DNA of 64,000 nucleotides. Origin: Zootoca vivipara. Its lineage: Eukaryota. Location: positions 52,452,001 to 52,516,000 of the forward strand of contig NC_083278.1 in NCBI RefSeq assembly GCF_963506605.1, given 5' to 3'. A program made the position numbers and the translations under genes. Positions 54,747-64,000 of this stretch are shown here, in pieces (the stretch's first letter is position 1; every line of letters starts with the position of its first letter). The notes under the pieces are model-generated. The model was not told the origin of the DNA. It made no database searches and saw only the letters and a program-made list of their open reading frames with translations.

Positions 54747-55475
54747 ATCTTCATAGCTGCTTATGATTTATTATTCTCTCTCAACAAAATGGAGATACAT
54801 CAACACCACTCACTGCCTACTTGGAAACCCAAAGAAAAATGTGCAGCACTTCATGTCAGGGATTTATTTTACTTTCATCACCATGTTCAAGAAACTAATA
54901 ACTATTTTTATGCATAGGTTGAAATAAAGATAGCAAACTCAACTGTCAAAGAGATGAAAATACCAGAGGGACAGAAACAAAGATTTGCACTTTCTTCCTG
55001 CCAGAGGGGCATTCATTAAAATTCTTCAGGTATTTATGCTTTCAAAGTATGCAGGTTTGAATTTAGGGTTTTTTTTGTAACAAATTACAGGAATAGTGCT
55101 GCTGAAGAGTTTCAAATAATCAGTTGGAGCCAAGGTGTATGAAGCATGTCAAATGTGGGGCAGGCATGGGTTATTTCAGCCAGTAGCAGAAATATACATT
55201 TAAACAAATAAAAAAAATACTGTATTTACATACATTTCATAAACATTTAGCTACTTTGGTGAAAATAATAGTTAAGGGTTTATCCAACATGGCTTTATTT
55301 GTGTATTTCACCTGTAGTTGTAGGCAAATCTGCAGGAATCAACAGAAACTATAAGTGTTATTTCTTGCCTTACATATACATTTAGGTTGCAATTAAATGC
55401 ACACTTACCTGAAGTAAGTTCCACTGAATTCAGTGAGAACACCCAATCTTTGTCCCATGCATGAATGAGGAAATG

Positions 55476-55925
55476 CAGTAGTGTAGTGTGGCGGGGGGAG
55501 GAAGGGCGTAGCCCCGGGTACAAATTTCTGAGGGGGTGCAACCAGGCACCACCACCACCAGTTCCCTCATGAAGGCTGGAGCTGTGGGGAGGCAAACTGT
55601 GCACAGGCCGGGCCTTCAGGGCTGGGGCAGCACCTCATTTTCCTCATGGCTGGCAAAGGGACTCTTGGGATGGCCAAGAGGGAGGGATGAGGAAAGCACT
55701 GCCGGAGCCATGTGCATTGCCCAGAGCACCAGGAAAAGGTCACACAGCGAAGCTCCTGGCTTCACGTTTCTCTGCCTTATCTCTGCTCTCAGGTTGGGGC
55801 TAGTCTGCAAGGAAAGATTCCCTTGTTTGGATGCTGACCGGTGAAGGGACGGACTGCTGCCCAGTCCACTAGGGGGCACAACACTTGCCCCACCCAGGGC
55901 ACCGGCAACCCATGCTACACCCCTG
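55476..55925. mobile_element. hAT-type non-autonomous element (450 bp)
   Basis: Imperfect TIRs cagtagtgtagtgtgg / ccatgctacacccctg with an 8-bp TSD aggaaatg at 55468-55475 and 55926-55933. Confidence 0.85.
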
Positions 55926-57805
55926 AGGAAATGTGCATGTGTTTGAGAAAGATAGGAGGAGCAAAGCATAGCCTTTCCCCATCTTTCTCATACACTTGCT
56001 CCAAACACATCCCTTCAGTAAAAAGCTGTAAGCTGTTTGGTCTCTTACTGTAGCGTGAACCCAACCACCTCAGATGTACAAATGACTGATTTAGATCTTT
56101 ATAGTCATCTTTGGCTTACTGTTTTGTGTGCAATGCATCTGTTTATATATGAATGAATAAACATGCTGGACAAAAAATGCTGCTTTTAAATATGATTAGT
56201 CAGTGTTTTCCTAGATTAGTACAATAGTCATTCCATTCAAGAAGCAGATACATGAAGGCAATTTAATTATTGAAAAATCCAGATCCCAGTGCATTTTAAG
56301 TACGTACTGTACATACTTCTTTATGTATTGAGTTTATAGCTTAGCTCCTCATTAGGCAATACATTCCAGCTTCTGTAAATCTCAAACATACTTTTTATCA
56401 TCTTTCAGAATACACTTATGTAGCACTGATTAATAAAGGCAAACAATACAAGTTTCCCATTGCTTTATGTGCTAAGGGTTTGATTAATCATTTTTCCTGA
56501 AGTTTCACACATAGCAGGGGGGAATAAAATATAAGAAAGCTGTAAGATTATATGTAACAGTGAGAGCCAGCCTTAAAGCAGTTCCCTAAAGTAAAAGCAA
56601 GCTGAACACTAAATCAGAGAGCCATGAATATGAGTCTGTTATTCTATGAGCCATGTGATGATAATAAATTAAACTATCTGAAAGAGAAATCTGTTAGATC
56701 TAAATCCCCCTACAACAGCATCTTGTGTAATAGGGAGATTCAGTACCAGAACCACTCCAAAGTCATGGGGAAGTCAACTAGATTAAAAGGCAATTCATTT
56801 AACATAACTGTTGGCATTGGGAAGACAGGTCAGTAACACAGCCCTACTGACTTCTACTGTCAACAGTTTGTACAACCCTTCCAAGTGGCAAAGAAACCTG
56901 AAAACAGACTGAATATAAGTGTGATCCCCAACAAAGTCACAGTGTGTTCCCATTCAGTATTCCTGCCACTGATTTCCTTTTCAGCATAAGCCATTCAATT
57001 TCCCTTCCTGTTTTGAATTTTTTCCTCCACCCCTCAGTCAGCCACCATTCTGTGCCCCATGAGCATGCTCACACCTCATTGAGCTGTTTGTGTTCTCTTC
57101 TGAAGGTTGTTTTTTAAAAATAAAAATAAAAAATAAATAAATCTGGTACTTCAACAAGCCTTGAGTTCCCTCAAGTCTGTCTATTTTGGCCATGTCACAC
57201 ACCTTGAGAAGGAGGGTGCAATTAGTATACTGTATATTGATTTAAAAATTCCAAGAAGAAGAAGAGTGTATATTTGCACTGTCCTTGCATCAATAGCTGA
57301 CTCTCATGCAGGTCACCTTTTTGTCTTTTGTAACAATTTGCTATTGTATGATAGAATAAAAAGATGACCAACATAAGAGCATGAGTGTGCATAAAAAAAT
57401 ATACACTAGTTATTTAATTTACCATTTGCCAGTTGAAGTAAATTAAGAAAGGAATTGAAATAATTAAGTTACACCAATTTTAGAAAGTCTCAATGTGAAA
57501 TTCAGGCATATTAACTTTAAACCTAGAATACTGTGACTTGGACAGCTTCACTACCTCCTTACAAATATTCAGAGTAGACTTTGAGAAGACTGGACTTCTA
57601 TCCAACTGAGAGCAAAAAAGTTGTTTCAGTTTGCAGCATGTCTGCAAATTGCAATAAATGAAGAAAATGAGAGAGCAATTATGTGTCATCTCATGTTATG
57701 TATCCACACAAGCCAGGAGCCTAAAAGGTAAGATAATACAGAAAATTGTTGCCTGATTGTTCATCCCAATAAAAAAGGGTAAACAGAAGCTATTCCTTGT
57801 TTTTA

Positions 57806-57925
<120 letters not shown>

Positions 57926-58919
57926 TCAGACAAATCAAGAAACAATAAAATCTAATTCACCTGGAGCTGTGGAACTCTCCCAGGCCAGAGCCACATTAGC
58001 CATCCTCCAACACATGCTAAGTAGGATTTGGAATACTTCCCGGACACTTTCCCATAACAAAACGAGTTAGAAGCTTTGTTCTAATTTTTAAGTGAAAGCT
58101 GAACATTTTTGGAAAGGGTCCTGGAAAATCTCTAAAATTGCTCTACTTGTACACCCACCCATTCATTTATGAGACTTGTATACTGCCCTTCACTAGTAGA
58201 CCCCAGAACAGATTACATACATGAAAAACAAAATTGAATAAAAATTGAACATAAAAAATTCCATAACTCCAACAAAAAAATTATTTCTCTTCCCCTTTTC
58301 ATCAAGCCATAAAAATTATGTACAACATACAACTCTGCTCTTCATTCAGACAGTATGAACAATCCTGTATTTTATTATTTACTTCCCCTGATTTATAAAA
58401 CCACCCTTCACATAGTGATCCCTGGGAGGCACACAACATAAAATCAAACCAAATCAAGCTAATGTGATTTACCACCAATGATTCACACATTTATATGCAT
58501 GTGCTCTAGTGACCATCCTTCAAACCCATCCAATAGACAAGTGGCAGTCTATCACCACATCAAGGTACTGATTCTAGACAAGACTTGCCAATTTCATTCA
58601 TGTGCACAGGTAGGTTTTTCAAGAATGCTGGTAACTAAACTGAGTTGATCTGACAGTTCACCCAGTTGAATCCTTTGCCTCTAACCTATGCCTCTGTTCA
58701 CCAGCACTTAAAGATGAAAGGAGAATGATGAATAACATTGGCACAAAGCAGATTTAGGAACAGAAAACATTTCATATGTCCAGATTTTTGCTCACATTAC
58801 CAAACAATGATGATTGCAATTTGCTAATTAGGTTTTGTTATCTTATGAGAAGAGGAGAAAAAATCCAGTGGAAAAAGTTTAATTCAGCTAACAGTAAAAC
58901 TTATGTTAGCATAATGGGG

Positions 58920-59070
58920 AAGGAAGCACTTTTCTGCTAATCCCCCCCCCCCCTGCAGTCCGCCATGCCTCCCTAAATCTGCTCTGAAGGATTGGGAGGA
59001 CGATCCGGAGTAAATTTAGAGAGGGGCTGATGAAGGGGGGAATAGCTGAAAACTGCTTCCTTCCCCATTC
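58920..59070. mobile_element. Old palindromic interspersed repeat (ccctaaatctgctc...gagtaaatttaga)
   Basis: Imperfect inverted symmetry. Similar copies lie near 22690-22780, 46880-47000 and 62010-62110. Confidence 0.45.
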
Positions 59071-60382
59071 TGCTAACAGACGCCTTACCTATCTGAATGA
59101 CACAAATGGATTATAAACCTAAGCAAAGATTATTATTTTTAATATAACTAAAATTCCCTGTAAAAACACAGAGAAGAAAAATGCAAAATGTAGACAGGGC
59201 ACAGAATTTGCAGATAACTCAATGTACATGAAAGTCATTGCTTTAAATAAAATTCTATCTACATATTACTTGAAAAGAACCGCAGTCTGGAGGAGACACT
59301 GAAAGTTCCACAAAGTGCCGTGTAACTTTTCCTACTTGGTTATATACACAATCTTTTGCCTGATCAACCTTTAACCTCTTAGCAGAACAAAACTCTACAT
59401 CTAAATTGGTCAATATTTGTTTTGTTGGCTTCAGAACATCAGGGACTGCAATCTTTGGCTGATCTAAGGTCAATTCATGACAAACAGAAAAACATATTTA
59501 TTCCAACGAAACAAAAATGCAGGTTCAGTGTCACAAAAATTGACTTATCTAGGACTGCACAAACGATTGACAAATCCTGAATCAAGAACCAAAGCAGAGC
59601 CACTTCAAAAAGGTTTGTCTGAAGTGTATCTCTACAAAACACTGTGGGAATTCAGAGGTTTAATCACAGCAAACTGAGTCTCCAAAAATTTCTCCGCTAG
59701 TTTGTCATAGAAGAAAAATGCCAGAGCTGGGAGAGGGAGAAGTCTTTTATGACAGACAGGTTTAGCTTTTAATCAGAGGACATCATTTTACCAGGGCTCT
59801 CCAATCACAGGGCTTTGGGAGAAGGGATGCTGAATACATCACCTAGTTTTTGTCTCTTCTGTGCTCTGTGCTTTGTCAATTCTTTGTGCTCTGCCTGTGG
59901 TGACTGCTTGGAAAACACCGAACATTAAAGCCCTTCTGCCTTTGTGCCACATGCCAAAAATATCCACTCCTATCAAATCAGGTTTGTGTTTAGTTTCTGT
60001 GACTTTTGGTGCCAACTGAGCACAACACAAGCCTGAAGCTGTTTCTTTCATTCATCATAACTCCCTAGCCACTGCACTCAATGTCCTGAAATTTTGCAAG
60101 TTACTTTCCTAGAGAAACCTCTACAATGTACAACATCTTCATAATAAAATGGTTGCCCTACAGTAAAGTGCCTGCCAGCTCAGGTGTAACACACACACCA
60201 AGAATATAGGTGTGGTTAATCTAATAGGCTATATTATGGGTGAATACCCAGGCGATGGTGATGCCCCAAAGTGGAATGAGACACAAAGTCTGGCAAATCA
60301 CTTCAATCTCTTCTCCCAAAGCAGTGGAAGACAGAAGGTGGGGGGAAAGGGAACACACACTAGGGAATGTATTTTTAATCTC

Positions 60383-60483
60383 CTGTTGGAAGCCGCCTGG
60401 AGTGACTGGGGAGACCCAGCCAGATGGGCGAGGTATAAGTAATAAATTATATTATTATTATTAATTATATTATTATTATTATT
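60383..60483 (+). mobile_element. L2-like LINE 3' end with (TTA)n tail
   Basis: gaagccgcctggagtgactggggagacccagccagatgggcgaggtataa plus a (tta)n tail; same family as 13655-13921. Confidence 0.75.
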
Positions 60484-61405
60484 CACACATACACCAGGAA
60501 AAGGAAAAGTGGGAAAGGAAAGGAACAAGCCAGCAGTTAAGCTGGTGGACAGGACTAAAGCTGGGAAACCAAACAAAATGGCGACTGGTGAAAGACAAAG
60601 TTGAGGAGGAAAAAACAACAACCAACTCAATCATAGCAACCAAACAGGAAAAAAAACACTCCGGAGAACACATCATGCCACACACCACTCATATAAAGAA
60701 TAATTAGAAAAAATAAGCTTTAAAGAGGCAGAGGAAACACCTGAGGAGAATCAGTAACAGGCTCCAGAAAGGATGTGTACAGCTTTCGTCGAAGGTATAT
60801 TGGGAGTGATCTACATCCCAATATGTTGTCCTGCCTTTCAACCATTAGGTGGGGCCATAGACCCAACCCGATAGCCTTGTTACCACAATATGAAATCTGA
60901 AAAGGCTGTCTTGTACAACTGCTACAGCTATCCTTCTGAAATTTGGTAGGATTCATCCACTTAGAAGTGATCAAATCTTGCTCTTTTCCAAAACAATGAA
61001 GTGGGGTCCAAACCAAATCTTGTGGTTTATACACCCCTAGCATTTCCCTCAGTTTCCAAAAGCTGGTACGGTAAGTAAATAATGTCCAAATTCAATGCTC
61101 TGAACTGTTGCATCTTTTAAGTAGCAATTCAATTTGGTATGCAGGTGTTAAAAGTTAATTGGAATGTCATTTGCCTACTGTTTTATCTGTTAAGTGGTTG
61201 AAGTAATTTATTCTTTCAGGGAGATACATGAAAAGGTCTCACTTTTTATAAGCCAAATTACATTTAGGACAAGCCAAATTACTTCGTAATCTCAGAAATC
61301 CTAATAAAATATGGCTATAATACTGATAACCACACAATGGTGTAATGTATGGAACATAAGCAAAGCTTGCTGTGGGACCAGAAAACTGGGGATGTAAAGT
61401 GGAGG

Positions 61406-61856
61406 TCCATATACGGTAGTTAAAGCTATGGTTTTCCCAGTAGTGATGTATGGAAGTGAGAGCTGGACCATGAAGAAGGCTGATCGCCGAATAAATGATG
61501 CTTTTGAATTATGGTGCTGGAGGAGACTCTCGAGAGTCCCATGGACTGCAAGAAGATCAAACCTATCCATTCTGAAGGAAATCAGCCCTGAGTGCTCACT
61601 GGAAGGACAGATCCTGAAGCTGAGGCTCCAATACTTTGGCCACCTCATGAGAAGACTCCCTGGAAAAGACCCTGAAGTTGGGAAAGATTCAGGGCACAAG
61701 GAGAAGGGGATGAACAGAGGACGAGATGGCTGGACAGTGTTCTTGAAGCTACGAACACGAGTTTGACCAAAGTGCGGGAGTCAGTGGAAGACAGGAGTGC
61801 CTGGCGTGCTCTGGTCCATGGGGTCACAAAAAGTCGGACACGACTAAACAACAACA
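61406..61856 (+). mobile_element. BovB 5'-truncated copy
   Basis: MVFPVVMYGSESWTMKKADRR... with a (caa)n tail and a 10-bp TSD aaagtggagg at 61396-61405 and 61857-61866. Confidence 0.94.
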
Positions 61857-62457
61857 AAAGTGGAGGCTATCAGACAAAGTTTCCTGATGGTGTATAGTCA
61901 ATGAAAGTGTTGCCACATGTAAGACGGAGTCTACAGCACGGCATCAGGAAGGCAATTCAGAGAAACGGAACACTACGTCTGCTGCATGGGAAGATTTCCT
62001 CTCTCCCTCTATCGTGTGCTGTCCAGTAGTTCTCCCAAGTCCCCACCGAGCAAATTTTGGAGGTGGGGGACAGTGTGGGGAGTGGACCAGGGAGAAGCCC
62101 AATTATGCAAATAGAACTCTTTGCCCTCAGTGGAAAATAGCTGTGCTGATTTTAGGTAGCATGATACAGCGCAAGCTCACACTCTCTCCCCACCCTGCTG
62201 CTACCCTACACTTAAGTAAAGGCACCCTAAGCAAAGTATCCCAAGACTTCTCAAAGAAAAGCAAAACAATTCCCATTTTTGTCTTTTCAACTACTGCGTA
62301 TGTAAGGGGGGGGAAGGGGGACCTCCTCCTTTCTAGACTCTCCTAATTATTTGCACACTTGTTATGGGGGATGAACTCCTCATTTGGAGTATGTACATAC
62401 AGGGTAGTTTACAGGAACTTTGGGAGTGAGAGTCTGGGAGTGGAACAGACTCCCACA

Positions 62458-62597
62458 AGAGATGATGGACTCTCCTTCCTTGGAGGTTTTTAAGCAGAGG
62501 TTGGATGGCCATCTATCATGGATGCTTTAGCTGAGGTTCCTGCATTGAGGGGTTGGACTAGATGACCCTTGGGTCCCTTCCAACTCTATGATTCTAG
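62458..62597 (+). mobile_element. CR1 LINE 3' fragment
   Basis: ttggaggtttttaagcagaggttggatggcc...ggttggactagatgacc...ccaactctatgattcta. Confidence 0.85.
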
Positions 62598-62844
62598 GAC
62601 TCTCTTGAAGAGCTCAGTGATTAGGTCTTCCCATTCTTGAGGCATCCCGGACCCAAGTTGCTAAGGGCTTTGAAGCTGGACTGGTAGTGTATGAGGAGGC
62701 AGTGTAAGCTTTTGAGCACTAGAGTTATGTGCTGGCAGCATTTCCCCAATTAGCCGGTCCCTGGTGAGATGTTGGCTAACTTCGGGTCCCCTAAGCCAAA
62801 CTTTGGACTTTAACCTGTTACTCAGTATTATAGATTCAGAGCTA

Positions 62845-62949
<105 letters not shown>

Positions 62950-63527
62950 CTATGAATACAAATACAATACATTTTAAAAGTATAGTGAATTTTCAACATG
63001 AAAAGGAAATACAATGTCTGCAGTAGTATCCAGTTATTTCTAGGGTCTTGTTTGCATGACATGGTAAGCCAAATTTTGGCAGGCACCTTGAAAGGAGCTT
63101 GCAGCTGCATTGCTCCTCCTGGTGCTTTTTACTCCTGTGCGGCACTGAGCTAAGTCAAGGTTTGGCTGAGCACGTTGTTTGAACCCAAGCTCACGGCAAG
63201 GTTCTCTCCTCACTAACCACAAGCTGTATCCATGATTTTTCACAAACATGGCTCCATATCACAGACAGTGAAGTCACTACGAACTCTTTGCCTCCAGGAG
63301 GATAAGCTATCCAAAGATTTAAGCATCATTCTTGCCCAATTTGCATACAGTGTTTACGCCAGTTTTAAGCTTCAAAATGCAGTATGAATAAGTTTATATT
63401 CAGAAGCAGAAATAAAACAATGCTTCACAAAGACAGAAACATTTAAATTCTAAGAAAATGTATTTGTTTCCACAATGAAGGAAATATTTCACCTAAGGAA
63501 GAGTTTAGCAGACTACTAAAATCATTT

Positions 63528-63850
63528 GGGATGCAGGTGGCACTGTGGTCTAAACCACAGAGCCTAGAGAGCTTGCTGATCAGAAGGTCGGCGCAACAGG
63601 GTGAGCTCCCATTGCTCGGTCGCAGCTCCTGACAACCTAGCAGTTCGAAAGCACGTCAAAGTGCTAGTAGATAAATTGGTACCGCTACAGCGGGAAGGTA
63701 AACGGCGTTTCCGTGTGCTGCTCTGGTTCGCCAGAAGCGGCTTTGTCATGCTGGCCACATGACCTGGAAGCTGTATGCTGGCTCCCTCGGCCAATAATGC
63801 GAGATGAGTCGGTCACGACTGGACCTAACTGTCAGGGGTCCCTTTACCTT
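63528..63850 (+). mobile_element. Near-full-length Sauria SINE (POM-type)
   Basis: Head gggatgcaggtggcactgtggtctaaacc, BovB-related 3' region gagtcggtcacgact, and an (accttt)n tail. 14-bp TSD tactaaaatcattt at 63514-63527 and 63851-63864. Confidence 0.93.
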
Positions 63851-64000
63851 TACTAAAATCATTTGAACTTCACACCCTTTCCATGTCCACAGCACTATGT
63901 TTTTTTGTTTGCTTTAAAACCCCCTAATAATAGGAATATTGGCAAAAGCTCTTTGTGAATCATACCTCTATGGAACAAACAAATTTTCAGGATGTTGTTA

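Overview
This is vertebrate genomic DNA from a squamate, most likely a lacertid lizard, judged from a POM-type Sauria SINE, a Squam3-like SINE and BovB LINEs. The only protein-coding gene I can support is the 3' part of MAN1A1 (Golgi alpha-1,2-mannosidase IA, GH47) on the minus strand. Nine GT-AG exons between 62949 and 35805 splice in frame to 380 aa plus stop, followed by a probable ~4.9 kb 3'UTR ending near 30900. The 5' exons lie beyond the window. Positions 1-30 kb look intergenic and are dense in transposons. Apart from exon-overlapping and LINE-remnant frames, the ORF track is spurious. The most unusual items are: (1) a TA-flanked DNA transposon carrying a CpG-rich ~143-bp tandem array built from two back-to-back long palindromes, 125 bp from a splice acceptor; (2) a 1,974-bp L1-like non-autonomous (HAL1-like) retroelement with a perfect 16-bp TSD; (3) two MITEs inside the 3'UTR, one a near-perfect hairpin; (4) a hAT MITE carrying a CTCF-like motif; (5) a composite hAT MITE containing a LINE tail; (6) an AATAAA overlapping the stop codon. 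There is no prokaryote-type system or CRISPR array. Repeat family names come from my recognition of motifs, not from a database search.
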